Below are positions 28,043 to 37,519 of a stretch of 64,000 bases of DNA, one piece after another. Under the pieces are notes generated by a model, which was not told the DNA's origin, did no database searches, and saw only the letters and a list, made by a program, of their open reading frames with translations. The DNA is from Acidimicrobiaceae bacterium (GTDB lineage Bacteria > Actinomycetota > Acidimicrobiia > Acidimicrobiales > Aldehydirespiratoraceae): positions 685 through 64,684 of the forward strand of contig JAPPMP010000028.1 in the NCBI GenBank assembly GCA_028819005.1, read 5' to 3'. A program made the translations under genes and the position numbers. Each line of letters begins with the position of its first letter. Within the stretch, counting starts at the first letter, position 1.

Positions 28043-29619
28043 GAGTCACCAACTCCTTGTTTCAACATGAATTTTCGTATTTTCCCCACGCTGGTGCGAG
28101 GGAGTTCTGAAAGCAAGGTGATTCGGCGGGGTTGCTTGTGCTTGGAGAGGCGAAGGTCGCACCATTGCATCAGGTCTTCGGCGCCAGGGGGGTTCGCAGC
28201 GTCGACAGGCACGACGAATGCCGTCGGCACTTCCTCCCGGATCGGGTCGGGCTCGCCGATCACCGATGCTTCCAGGACCAGAGGGTGCGCGCACAGCACC
28301 GTTTCGATCTCGACGGTCGACACGTTCTCGCCTGAGACCTTGAGCACGTCTGAGCGCCGGCCGTCGAAGAAGAATCGGCCATCGGTATCACGCCATGCCC
28401 GGTCGCCGGTGCGGAACCACTCGCCGCGATAGTTGGCGGCAGTAGTCGCAGGGTCCTTGAAGTAGCCATCGAAGATGGTGACCCCGGGTGTTCCTCTGAC
28501 CACGACTTCGCCTAGTTCGTCGGCAGCGCAGCGCTCCCCGTCGGGGTCGTGGATATCGACCTCGCATCCGGCGGTGACGAAACCCATCGAGTCGGGCCGT
28601 GGGTCGGCTGCTTCGTCGGTGAGCACTGCGGGGATGGTTTCGGTCATGCCGTACAGCTGGCGGGGGAGGCAGCCGAACCAGTCGCAGATCGTCCGGTACT
28701 GCTCCTCTGCCAGGTTCTGTGCGAACCAGCAATGCCTCAGCCTCAGCCCTTGGACCGGTCCGCCGCGCGCCAGGATCATCCGCAGCGGCGCTGCGAAAAG
28801 GCTGGCGCAGGTGGCTTGATGTCGTGCTGCTTGAGGCAGGAATCCGCTCGCTGAGAAGGTGTGCATCAACGCAACCGACGCTCCCGTCCAGATTGCCGAG
28901 GCGAACGAGTAGTACTGGGCGTTGGCGTGGAACAACGGCAGCACAACGAGTTGGCGGTCTTCGGGGCCGAGATCGGCCGCTTGCGCCATGATCTTTCCGG
29001 CGAAGGCGTAGTTGGCTTGGGTGACGGACACTCCTTTGGGGCGTCCTGTGGTCCCGCTGGTGAACATCACCGCGGCGAGGTCGGTCGGTCCGGGTGTGGC
29101 CCAGGCGGTGAACTCGGTTTCGGCGAACGGCTCGAAGGCAGCGTCGGTTTCGTCGATCTCGATGACGGTCATCGCTTCAGGCGGCGCCGATCCGGCCAGC
29201 ACCGCGGGGACTGAAGCCACGGCGGCCGCGTTGGCCACCCCCGCGCGGTATTGGGCACTCCGACTCGTCGAGCAGAAACCGACGGTCGGGGCGGTGCGCT
29301 CGATCTGCTCGGCGAATTCGGGTTCTCTGCCCATCGGATCCGCGGGCACGATCCAGGCGCCGAGCCGGTTGGCTGCGAGCCACACCGCCACAAAGGTCGG
29401 GCAGTTGGCCAGTGCCAGATGAACACAGTCGCCGGCGCCGACGCCCTCGGCTTTGAGCCGGGCCGCGACTCGTTGGACCTGCGAATCGAAGGCTTGGTAG
29501 GTCCACTGCGTGACCTCGCCGCGCTGATTCTCAAAGATCAGGAACGTCTCGTCGGCGTGGGCGCTCACCGCGCGCTCCCAAACGGACGAGAACGTCGGAG
29601 CCGGGTCGGCCTCAGGCAT
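28039..29619 (-). CDS. Acyl-CoA ligase (CaiC-like AMP-binding enzyme)
   Basis: FTSGTTGRPKGV, YGMTET, RTGD, LPRTSVGKI. Confidence 0.9.
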   Translation of the reverse strand: MPEADPAPTFSSVWERAVSAHADETFLIFENQRGEVTQWTYQAFDSQVQRVAARLKAEGVGAGDCVHLALANCPTFVAVWLAANRLGAWIVPADPMGREPEFAEQIERTAPTVGFCSTSRSAQYRAGVANAAAVASVPAVLAGSAPPEAMTVIEIDETDAAFEPFAETEFTAWATPGPTDLAAVMFTSGTTGRPKGVSVTQANYAFAGKIMAQAADLGPEDRQLVVLPLFHANAQYYSFASAIWTGASVALMHTFSASGFLPQAARHQATCASLFAAPLRMILARGGPVQGLRLRHCWFAQNLAEEQYRTICDWFGCLPRQLYGMTETIPAVLTDEAADPRPDSMGFVTAGCEVDIHDPDGERCAADELGEVVVRGTPGVTIFDGYFKDPATTAANYRGEWFRTGDRAWRDTDGRFFFDGRRSDVLKVSGENVSTVEIETVLCAHPLVLEASVIGEPDPIREEVPTAFVVPVDAANPPGAEDLMQWCDLRLSKHKQPRRITLLSELPRTSVGKIRKFMLKQGVGDS

Positions 29620-31198
29620 CGTCGGGAGCTCCGTAGCCTCCCCCGCCGGGGAGTTCGAGCCGGATGACGTCGCTGCCGTCGAGGGTGATCCGGGCCTGCG
29701 TCTGCACGGGTTCGCCGTTGACTTTGAAACTGCCGGCAGCACCTGGTTCGCCGCCGAACACACCGAGGGGAGGGTCCGCCAACCGGCTGGTCACAGCGTT
29801 GAGCTGCCAGGGCTTCTCGGTGTCGACGCTGAACTCGATCGTTTGGCCGAGCCCCCCGGTCTGCGCGCCCCTGCCGCCGGAGCCGTCCCGCAGAGACTTC
29901 TCCCGGAACCTGATCGGAGCCGAGGCTTCCACCACTTCGATCGGCACCGCCGAGACTCCAGTGGGGTAGGAGCAGGCATTGAGGCCGGGTTTGGTGGCGC
30001 GAGCCCCCACACCGCCCGCGTAGGTGAACATCGCAGTGATGAAGGGGCTGCCGTCGGGGTGGTTGCCGTTGACCTGAATGGTCCAGACCGCGCCGGACCC
30101 CTCGGCCATTGCTGCTTCGGGCCGGACCTGGGCGAGTGCTTTGAGCAGCGCGTTGGGCAAGAACATGCCGACCACGTGTCGGGCGGTGCCGGGCTGCGGG
30201 GTCACCGCGTTGACGATCGAGCCCTCGGGGGCTCTGACTTTGATCGGCGCGAGGCTGCCGTGATTGTTGGGAATGTCTGGGTTGAGAACCGACCGGACGG
30301 TGAAGGTGGTGTAGGCGTGGGTGTAGTTCATCACCACGTTGATTCCCCACGGCGATGCTTCTGAGCTGCCCTCATAGTCGACGATGATCTCGCCCTCGTC
30401 AGGATCGACTTCCAGGGAGCACACAATGTTGATGCGGCTGCTGTCGGCTAGATCGAGCACCGCGTCAGCGTTGCAGGTTCCGGCTGGGAGCGCCCGAATG
30501 CTCGCCCGGGTGGCCTGTTCGGAGCGGTTGATGATCTCGTCTGCCAACGCTTCGATGTCGTCGAGTCCGTGGGTCTCGCAGAGCGCCGACAGCCTCTGTG
30601 CCCCCACCTCTCCGGAGGCCGTCTGCGCGTGCAGATCACCGGCCATGTGGTCGGGTTGGCGGACGTTGGAGAGGATGAACTTCCATACGTCGGGGTTGCG
30701 CTGCCCGCCCTTCATCAGCTTGCAGATGGGGATCCAGAGACCTTCCTCGAACACGTCCCGGCCGCCGGCTCCGATCCCGTAGCCCCCCACATCGGTGTGA
30801 TGAATGGTCGAGCCGAAAAGCGCGATGATCCGCCCGTTGCGCCAGGCGGGCACGAGCACGGTCACATCGAGCAACTGACCGGCGGTTTTGTACGGGTCGT
30901 TGGTGATGAGCACATCGCCGGGTTGGATCTGATCGAGCGGGTACTCATCGAGCATCTTGGAAGCGCCGATGGCGAGCGAGTTGATATGACCAGGCGTGCC
31001 GGTCACCGCCTGGGCGACCATGCGCCCGCGGCGGTCGAAGACCGCGTTCGCCAGGTCGCCGGCTTCGCGCACGATCGGCGAGAATGCCGATCGTTGAAGT
31101 GCCCGAGCCTGTTCGTTCACCGTCGATATCAGCGATTGCCAGAGAATCTCGAGCTCGATGGGGTCGAAGGTTGCTTGTGGCGTGTCGACAGCGGTCAT
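29612..31198 (-). CDS. Hydantoinase B/oxoprolinase-family subunit
   Basis: RSAFSPIVRE, PGDVLITNDP, HHTDVGG, SGGRGAQTGG, LPGGGGYG. Confidence 0.9.
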   Translation of the reverse strand: MTAVDTPQATFDPIELEILWQSLISTVNEQARALQRSAFSPIVREAGDLANAVFDRRGRMVAQAVTGTPGHINSLAIGASKMLDEYPLDQIQPGDVLITNDPYKTAGQLLDVTVLVPAWRNGRIIALFGSTIHHTDVGGYGIGAGGRDVFEEGLWIPICKLMKGGQRNPDVWKFILSNVRQPDHMAGDLHAQTASGEVGAQRLSALCETHGLDDIEALADEIINRSEQATRASIRALPAGTCNADAVLDLADSSRINIVCSLEVDPDEGEIIVDYEGSSEASPWGINVVMNYTHAYTTFTVRSVLNPDIPNNHGSLAPIKVRAPEGSIVNAVTPQPGTARHVVGMFLPNALLKALAQVRPEAAMAEGSGAVWTIQVNGNHPDGSPFITAMFTYAGGVGARATKPGLNACSYPTGVSAVPIEVVEASAPIRFREKSLRDGSGGRGAQTGGLGQTIEFSVDTEKPWQLNAVTSRLADPPLGVFGGEPGAAGSFKVNGEPVQTQARITLDGSDVIRLELPGGGGYGAPDDA

Positions 31199-33378
31199 GG
31201 CTGCATCCTCGTTGCTATCAGGCTTCGGTCCGGGGCGACCTCGACGGACCATCCAGGGCGGATGACCGAGGTGGTTTCACGTTCTTCGACCACCGCCGGG
31301 CCGTTGAACCCGGCTCCGACCGCTAGTTCACTGCGGTCGTACACCGGAGTGTCGACCGCGGCGACCCCGCGCCCGAACACGACCGGCCTGCTGCGATTCG
31401 GCACCGGCGCAGCTTCCGCGGCTCCGGTTACGCCCGGCGAAGACAACGCGCCCGGCGTTGGTTCCACCGCAGCTTCCGCGGCTCCGGCTGCGCCCGGCGC
31501 AAGCAACGCGCCCGGTGTCGACCCCGCACCCGCTTCCGCGGCTCCGGCCACGCCCGGCGCAAGCGCCGACAATCGCCAGGTGATCGCCTCCACTTCCACG
31601 TCGGGGATGGTCATTCCGTAGATTCGGCGATATTCGGCTTCGAACGCCTCGACCACTTGGGCTTGATCGGCCGGCCACGATGAGCCTTCACCGACCCAAA
31701 CGGTGATCTCGTTGCCCTGGCCGGCGTAGCGCGCGTCAACTCCATATCTGTACACGACCGCGTCGCCGGGTACACCCGCAGCGCGGAGAACTCGGCGCCC
31801 CTCGCCGCGGAGCTCGTCGAGCAGATGCTCTCGTTCCGCGGAATCCACCGACTTGATCAAGCGGGGCATTGAGCGGGCGAGGTCGATCCGCACCGGCGAC
31901 ACCAGCGTCCCGAAAGCCGAGAGAACGCTGGCGTTGACAGGGAATATCACTTTATCGGACTCGAGCAGTTCGGCTACAGCACAGGCATGGACCGGCCCCG
32001 CGCCGCCGAAGGCGATGATGGGGATCCCGCGAAGGTCCATGCCCATCTCAACACCGTGCATCGATGCGGCTGCGGCCATGTTCTGGTTCACAACGTCATG
32101 GATCCCGGCCGCTGTGTCGATCATGCTGAGCGTCAGTTCTTCGGCCACGGTTCTGGTGGCCGTGTCGGCCAGCGATGCGTCGAGGGGCATGTCACCGCCG
32201 AGGAAGGCGCCGGGATCGAGCAGGCCGAGGATCACGTCGGCGTCGGTCACTGCCGGGACCGCCCCGCCTTGGGCGTAGCTTGCGGGTCCGGGATCAGCCC
32301 CGGCCGACTCGGGACCGACCTTCAACAAGCCGAACTGATCCACGCGAGCCAGGCTGCCGCCTCCGGCCCCGATCTCGACGAGGTCCACCGACGGAACCGA
32401 CACGGGATAGCCGGATCCCTTCTTGAAACGGTAGGCGCGGGCCACCTCGAAAGTGTTGGTCAGCTCAGGCTCACCGTGTTCGATGAGGCAGGCCTTTGCG
32501 GTCGTGCCGCCCATGTCGAAGCACAACAGCCGTTCGACGCCGAGCCGTTTGGCGAACCAGCCTCCTGCGAGCGCACCTGCCGCAGGGCCGGATTCGACTA
32601 GGCGGATGGGGCCTCGGGCCGCGTCGCCGGCCGACACGACGCCGCCGTTGGACAGCATCATCAGCACTGATCCCCCGAAACCCTCGTCCGACAGCCACTT
32701 CTGGAGCTCATCGAGGTACGGGCCGATGACCGGCATGGTGGCTGCGTTGCAGGCGGTGGTGGTCATCCGCGGGTATTCGCGGATCTGTGGAGAGATCTCC
32801 GCGGAGATGCAGACGGGAATGCCCAAGGTTTGGCGCAGGTGGGAGGCCACTCTCTGTTCGTTGGCTGCGTTGACGTAGGAGTTGAGCAGGCAGACAGCAG
32901 CCGACTCGACCTCGGCATCGCGCAACTGCCGGGTCAACTCTTCGAGGTCTTCTGTGCTCGGCTCGGTGGCGATGCTGCCGTCGGCGATCGTCCGCTCGTT
33001 CAGCTCGAAGGTCAGCTCGCGGGGGATGGGCGGCGGCGGGAACTCGATCTGCAGGTCGTACATGTCGTAGCGGTGTTCATCGCGTATGAGCAGCGTGTCA
33101 CCGAAGCCCTGCGTGGTCACGAGCGCGGCTCGCCCGGTTTTGCCTTCGATCAGGGCGTTGGTGATGAGCGTGGTCGCGTGGACGATGGGCGCGGTGATGT
33201 CCTGGGGTCTCACGTCGGCCCGGTCGAGCAGCTGGGTGAGCCCGGTGCGCACTCCTTCGAGTGGCGCAGCAGGGGTGGTGAGTGTCTTGTCGACGACGAT
33301 CCTGCCGGTCTGCGCGTCCAGCAGCACGACGTCGGTGAACGTCCCGCCTATGTCGACCGCGAGCCTCCAATCTGCCAT
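31195..33378 (-). CDS. Hydantoinase A/oxoprolinase-family subunit
   Basis: VDIGGTFTD, ESGPAAG, FDMGGTT, EIGAGGGS, GPESAGADPGP, AFGGAGPVH. Confidence 0.9.
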   Translation of the reverse strand: MADWRLAVDIGGTFTDVVLLDAQTGRIVVDKTLTTPAAPLEGVRTGLTQLLDRADVRPQDITAPIVHATTLITNALIEGKTGRAALVTTQGFGDTLLIRDEHRYDMYDLQIEFPPPPIPRELTFELNERTIADGSIATEPSTEDLEELTRQLRDAEVESAAVCLLNSYVNAANEQRVASHLRQTLGIPVCISAEISPQIREYPRMTTTACNAATMPVIGPYLDELQKWLSDEGFGGSVLMMLSNGGVVSAGDAARGPIRLVESGPAAGALAGGWFAKRLGVERLLCFDMGGTTAKACLIEHGEPELTNTFEVARAYRFKKGSGYPVSVPSVDLVEIGAGGGSLARVDQFGLLKVGPESAGADPGPASYAQGGAVPAVTDADVILGLLDPGAFLGGDMPLDASLADTATRTVAEELTLSMIDTAAGIHDVVNQNMAAAASMHGVEMGMDLRGIPIIAFGGAGPVHACAVAELLESDKVIFPVNASVLSAFGTLVSPVRIDLARSMPRLIKSVDSAEREHLLDELRGEGRRVLRAAGVPGDAVVYRYGVDARYAGQGNEITVWVGEGSSWPADQAQVVEAFEAEYRRIYGMTIPDVEVEAITWRLSALAPGVAGAAEAGAGSTPGALLAPGAAGAAEAAVEPTPGALSSPGVTGAAEAAPVPNRSRPVVFGRGVAAVDTPVYDRSELAVGAGFNGPAVVEERETTSVIRPGWSVEVAPDRSLIATRMQP
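31408..31564. repeat. 60-bp-period in-frame tandem repeat (about 2.6 units) in hydantoinase A
   Basis: Core GCTTCCGCGGCTCCGG at 31412, 31472 and 31532. Confidence 0.9.
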
Positions 33379-33770
33379 CAGCCGGCTGCCAGATCGTCGC
33401 GTGGGGGGCTGAACACGTCGAGGATCCAGCATTCGTCGTATTCGTCGTCGCCCACGAAGATGCTGTCGCCGTGCCACACGCCCGGTGCTGCCAGATACGC
33501 CTGGTTGGCGCTTAGAACTTCCCGTTTCGATGAATTGTCGGTCTCGTCACCGTCGAAGATCCGGAAGTCGAGCGACCCTCGCACGATGATCCCGAGTTGT
33601 TCGTTGTCATCGTGTTTGTGCAGGTACGAACCGGTCGCCCCGCCCTTGATGCGCCAGAAGCAGAGCTGCAGGTTCTCTCCTGTGATCACCCGCCGCCTGA
33701 ACCCCGGCCGGTCGGTCTCGCTGAACTCGTCCTCTTCGAAGAAGTGGCAGTAGTGGTTGGAGACGTTCAC
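33378..33770 (-). CDS. Cupin-domain protein
   Basis: LHKHDDNEQLG, PGVWHG, LDVFSPPRDD. Confidence 0.85.
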   Translation of the reverse strand: MNVSNHYCHFFEEDEFSETDRPGFRRRVITGENLQLCFWRIKGGATGSYLHKHDDNEQLGIIVRGSLDFRIFDGDETDNSSKREVLSANQAYLAAPGVWHGDSIFVGDDEYDECWILDVFSPPRDDLAAG

Positions 33771-34333
33771 GCTGTCTCTTTCGTGTTCTCGCTTGCGACG
33801 CTGTCTCTTCCGCTCTCAGATTCCGCGGCTCCGGCTGCGCCCGGCGACGGCAACGTGGCCGTCAGGTCGGCAAACCGTTTCATGTCTGCGGCCAGATCCA
33901 AGGGTCGGATGATCGCTTCGTGCTCGTCCTCACCCCATTGGTCGGGGGGTACGAGCCACATCACCTCGAACTCGAGTCCGTCGGGGTCCTTGCAGTACAG
34001 GCTCTTGTTGACGCCGTGATCTGAGGCGCCGACGAGGACGCCGGCAGCCCGCAGCCGCTGTTCCATCTCGACCAGCTCGGCAAGCGTCGCGACTTCCCAG
34101 GCGATGTGGTACATCCCGACCGTTTGCCGTCCGGCCTGCGATGCGCCTGAGTGCTCGCCGATCGCAAAGAAGGCGATGTCGTGGTGGTTTTCGGAGCCGG
34201 GCGCGCGCATGAACGAGTATTGCCCGACTGCGTTGATTACGGTGCTGAACCCGAGCACGTCTTCGTAGAAGCTTCGGTGCCGTTCCGAATCACGCACGTA
34301 GAGCACGGCGTGGTTCATGCCGCTAATCATCAA
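33767..34333 (-). CDS. VOC-family protein (catechol dioxygenase/glyoxalase-like)
   Basis: NHAVLYVRD, HHDIAFF, MYHIAWEV, DHGVNKSLYCKDPDGLEFE. Confidence 0.85.
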   Translation of the reverse strand: MMISGMNHAVLYVRDSERHRSFYEDVLGFSTVINAVGQYSFMRAPGSENHHDIAFFAIGEHSGASQAGRQTVGMYHIAWEVATLAELVEMEQRLRAAGVLVGASDHGVNKSLYCKDPDGLEFEVMWLVPPDQWGEDEHEAIIRPLDLAADMKRFADLTATLPSPGAAGAAESESGRDSVASENTKETA

Positions 34334-34351
34334 GGCTCCTGTTGTTTGTGT

Positions 34352-35350
34352 TCATTGCACCTCCAGTTGGATGAATTCGGCGAAGCGGCGGCGCCACTCG
34401 ACCGACGGTTTGTCGGATTGCACGTTGACGACGCCGGTCCGGGTGAGCGGCAGGGTGCCGGGCACCTGTTCGAGCATGGCTTTGTCCTCCGCGCCGATGG
34501 CGCGGTCGAAGGCGATGATCTCTTCAGGGTCGACGCTGTGGTCGTCGTTTCTCCAGACAACGAATGTGAACGTCGACTCGAGGTCGTCGCGTGGTGTGCT
34601 CACCAGCAGCAGGATGTGTTCGAGCCCGTCGTCGTAGCGGATAGTGCTTCTGACCATGAACGGCAGGGCGAAACCAGTGGTCATCACGCGATGAACCACA
34701 TCTTCTTCGCTCCCGCTGACTGCGGTGGCTTCGTCGGGGTTCGCGGCGTAGACCTCGTATATGTAGCCGTAGAAGTCTTCGTCGAGTTGCTGAAGGTTCA
34801 GCTTGGGGATCAGCGGATCCTGGCCGAGGCCGAACGTCCCGGTGTGGACCCATGGGAAGTGGCTGAAGTCCATGAAGTTGTCGACGAGCCGGGGGGTTGA
34901 CACTTTCCAGGTTTCAACTCCGCTGTTCAGCCTGCGAAACGCCGGCTCTTCGTCCTGGGGGATTCGGGGGATGGAGACTGCCGGTTCACCGGGGCAGACC
35001 CAGACGAGACCGTATCGTTCCTGCACGTTGCGGCAGTTCAGATGCGCGGTCGGCGGTATTGCGGCGCCCGGGCCCGACGACGGCACGAGCACGCATTGTC
35101 CTCGTTCTCCGAACGTCCAGCCGTGGTATGCGCAGGCGATTTCGCCTTCGTTGTACGTGCCGATTGAGAGCGGAGCCTGCCGGTGCGGGCACTCGTCGGG
35201 TGCTGCGATCAGGTCTCCGCTCTGGGAGCGCCAGAGGACGAGGTTTTCTCCGAGCAGGCGGGTGGCATGGGGTTTGTCTGTGACGTCGGTCGATTCTGCG
35301 ACCGGATACCAGACGGTTTGCAGCGGTGCTCGGTCTGCGAATCGTGTCAT
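34352..35350 (-). CDS. Rieske oxygenase (VanA/NdmA-like O- or N-demethylase group)
   Basis: CPHRQAPL...CAYHGW, DNFMDFSHFPWVH, EDKAMLE. Confidence 0.9.
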   Translation of the reverse strand: MTRFADRAPLQTVWYPVAESTDVTDKPHATRLLGENLVLWRSQSGDLIAAPDECPHRQAPLSIGTYNEGEIACAYHGWTFGERGQCVLVPSSGPGAAIPPTAHLNCRNVQERYGLVWVCPGEPAVSIPRIPQDEEPAFRRLNSGVETWKVSTPRLVDNFMDFSHFPWVHTGTFGLGQDPLIPKLNLQQLDEDFYGYIYEVYAANPDEATAVSGSEEDVVHRVMTTGFALPFMVRSTIRYDDGLEHILLLVSTPRDDLESTFTFVVWRNDDHSVDPEEIIAFDRAIGAEDKAMLEQVPGTLPLTRTGVVNVQSDKPSVEWRRRFAEFIQLEVQ

Positions 35351-35396
35351 CGGATCATCCCCCCGTCTGGTGTCGGCTCGATTGGCGCTGACCTTT

Positions 35397-35417
35397 TTGG
35401 TCAGACCAACTGACCAT
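35397..35417. promoter_or_regulatory. Putative GntR/FadR operator, copy 2
   Basis: TTGGTCAGACCAACTGACCAT in the divergent intergenic gap; identical 21-mer at 43035. Confidence 0.75.
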
Positions 35418-35440
35418 TTTCGCATTCTATAGTGAGGCTT

Positions 35441-35884
35441 GTGAACGAATCCAACGAAGCTGCGACCCCGAGCGCGATCGCCCGTTCCTACCTGGAGTCT
35501 TTCGCCGCAGGCAACGCTGACACAATCGCCGCCCATGTTTCGCCTGGCTTTGTGAACGAGCACACCTCGGCTCTAGGGGCTGGGTGCGCCGGTCGGGAGG
35601 TGTATCGCCAGCGGCTCGTCGGTTTCCTCGTCGACATGGTTGATTTGCGCTACGAGATCGAGAACCTGATCGTCGAGGGCTCAGAGGTTGCAGCGTTCTA
35701 CACCATGACCGCCCGGTGGCAGGGCGAGCACCCCGTATCGGTGCGAGGTGTGCAACGCCTGGTAGTCGCGGACGGACTCATCGCCCACCGCACCGACTAC
35801 TGGGACAGCGCCGTCTTCCTGACCCAAACTTCCCCCGAAGCCCGCACCGCCCTAGCCCCCTTCGGCATTGAGGCTCCCCCCTGA
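35441..35884 (+). CDS. SnoaL/NTF2-like protein
   Basis: ARSYLESFAAGN, YEIENLIVEG, IAHRTDYWDS. Start at 35432 or 35441. Confidence 0.8.
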   Translation: MNESNEAATPSAIARSYLESFAAGNADTIAAHVSPGFVNEHTSALGAGCAGREVYRQRLVGFLVDMVDLRYEIENLIVEGSEVAAFYTMTARWQGEHPVSVRGVQRLVVADGLIAHRTDYWDSAVFLTQTSPEARTALAPFGIEAPP

Positions 35885-35958
35885 TCGTGGAGGCATGGCC
35901 GCCCAACCGGTGGATCATCCCCGCACGGGCGGGTTCCCCCCTGATCGTGGAGGCATGG
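35875..35958. repeat. 24-bp direct repeat bracketing one type I-E CRISPR-like repeat
   Basis: TCCCCCCTGATCGTGGAGGCATGG at 35875 and 35935, with GGATCATCCCCGCACGGGCGGG between them. Confidence 0.7.
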
Positions 35959-35981
35959 TGTGCCCCATGCGGTGTCTTGCC

Positions 35982-36054
35982 GGGCGCTGGACGTCGCAGA
36001 GACGGCGTTGTGCAAGCACCTCGACAGGCCCCCGGCTCCGGCCCGGCAGCGCCG
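35982..36054. repeat. Dispersed ~73-nt repeat, copy A
   Basis: Aligns by eye to 56303..56374 at about 80% identity. Confidence 0.75.
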
Positions 36055-36068
36055 GGGGATCACAAGCT

Positions 36069-36107
36069 ACATACATCTACTCTAAATTGTTTAGAGTAGA
36101 TGTATGT
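36069..36107. promoter_or_regulatory. Perfect 18-bp inverted repeat overlapping the start codon at 36104
   Basis: ACATACATCTACTCTAAA-TTG-TTTAGAGTAGATGTATGT. Confidence 0.75.
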
Positions 36108-37519
36108 CCACAGTGGCGGTCCGACAAGCACTGGCAGAACCTCCGAGCAGCAGGGGCGAAGCACTCCTGTCCCTACCTGAAGATCAGTGGTTCGAGCGGA
36201 AAGGAGCCCGTGTGGCCCCCACGAGGCTCGCGGAGACGCTTGTCGGCTTTGCCAACGCCGAGGGAGGTACCGTGGTGCTGGGACTCCAGGATGGCCGGGT
36301 CGAAGGGATCAAGTCCGATGGTTCCAAGTCACTTTCGGCAAAGCAGCAAACTGCGTTCGATTTCACTCAGCCGTCAGTGCGCTGCACTCACAAGCTTGTT
36401 GAGTGTCATCGTGCAGACGGCACCTCAGACTCGCTACTTGTTATTGAGATCGAAGCTTCCGAACAGGTCCACGCAACCAACAAGGACGAGGTGTTCCTCC
36501 GGGTAGGAGACGAGAACCGAAAACTGAATTTCGACCAGCGCAGGGATCTGCTCTACGACAAGGGACAGGCAACCTACGAAATCACCCCTGTTGCCGAAGC
36601 CACCTTCGACGACTTCGACGCTCGCTGGCTGGAGTCGTACGCCGAGGCGGTCGATCATTCTGACCCGCGCCGGTTGCTGCAAGCTCGCAGCCTGCTCACC
36701 AAAGCGGGAGGACCAACCACTGCGTCGGTCCTGCTTTTCGGCACCAATCCGCAGCAATGGCTACCGGAGGCATATGTGAGGGTGCTGCGTTACCGGGGAA
36801 CCGAGCGGGGAGCAGGAGCACGCCAGAAACTGCTCGACGATGTCAGGGTCGAAGGTCCGATCCCAGTGCAGATTGGTCTTGCCCGTCAGACGATATTCGA
36901 CCTGATGCCTGCACGACGGGCCCTCGTCGGCAGTGGGCGATTTGAGCGAGTCCCGCTCGTCCCCGAAGACGCCTGGTTGGAAGGTCTGGTGAACGCTGTC
37001 GTACACCGGTCTTACAACGTAAGCGGTGATCACATACGAGTTGAGATTTTTGATGACCGCATCGAAATTGAGAGTCCTGGGCGTTTTCCGGGGATAGTTG
37101 ACCTGGATGCTCCGAGGGACATCACCCGCTTTGCCCGGAACCCTCGAATTGCCCGGGTGTGCGCTGATCTCCGGTTTGGACAAGAACTGGGCGAGGGGAT
37201 CCGGAGAATCTTCGAGGAAATGAATCTGGCTGGACTCGCCGATCCGGTGTACACACAAACGTCTGGGAGCGCTCGCCTCACTCTCTCCTGTATCCCCGTA
37301 AACAGGGAACTCGAACGCCGCCTACCGATAGGGGCCCGCGATATTTTGCAGGTGATTCGTAATGCAGAGCGAGTAAGCACCGGAGAGGTTGCCGCGGCAA
37401 CAGGCGAATCTCGCCCGGTGGTTCTGCAACACCTTCGAGCGCTCCAAGAGGAAGGGCTGATCGAATGGGTGGGACAATCGCCAAAGGATCCTCGCGCCTA
37501 CTGGAAAGCCCGAATTTAA
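36104..37519 (+). CDS. AlbA_2/Schlafen-domain protein with HATPase_c_4-like region and C-terminal wHTH
   Basis: EDQWFERK, GFANAEGGTVVLG, EGLVNAVVHRSY, IESPG, RNPRIA, GEGIRRI. Confidence 0.85.
   Translation: MSTVAVRQALAEPPSSRGEALLSLPEDQWFERKGARVAPTRLAETLVGFANAEGGTVVLGLQDGRVEGIKSDGSKSLSAKQQTAFDFTQPSVRCTHKLVECHRADGTSDSLLVIEIEASEQVHATNKDEVFLRVGDENRKLNFDQRRDLLYDKGQATYEITPVAEATFDDFDARWLESYAEAVDHSDPRRLLQARSLLTKAGGPTTASVLLFGTNPQQWLPEAYVRVLRYRGTERGAGARQKLLDDVRVEGPIPVQIGLARQTIFDLMPARRALVGSGRFERVPLVPEDAWLEGLVNAVVHRSYNVSGDHIRVEIFDDRIEIESPGRFPGIVDLDAPRDITRFARNPRIARVCADLRFGQELGEGIRRIFEEMNLAGLADPVYTQTSGSARLTLSCIPVNRELERRLPIGARDILQVIRNAERVSTGEVAAATGESRPVVLQHLRALQEEGLIEWVGQSPKDPRAYWKARI

Noticed and set aside
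31408-31564. 60-bp periodicity as a CRISPR array
   Set aside because: The whole unit is similar between copies and it is in frame within a gene, so there are no unique spacers.
35351-35364. CGGATCATCCCCCC resembling the start of the CRISPR-like repeat
   Set aside because: It has no hairpin half and is explained as the purine-rich RBS region of the minus-strand Rieske gene.
35875-35975. CRISPR array call
   Set aside because: Only one repeat-like unit, the flanking sequences are duplicates of each other, and there are no cas genes. Kept as an orphan-repeat finding only.
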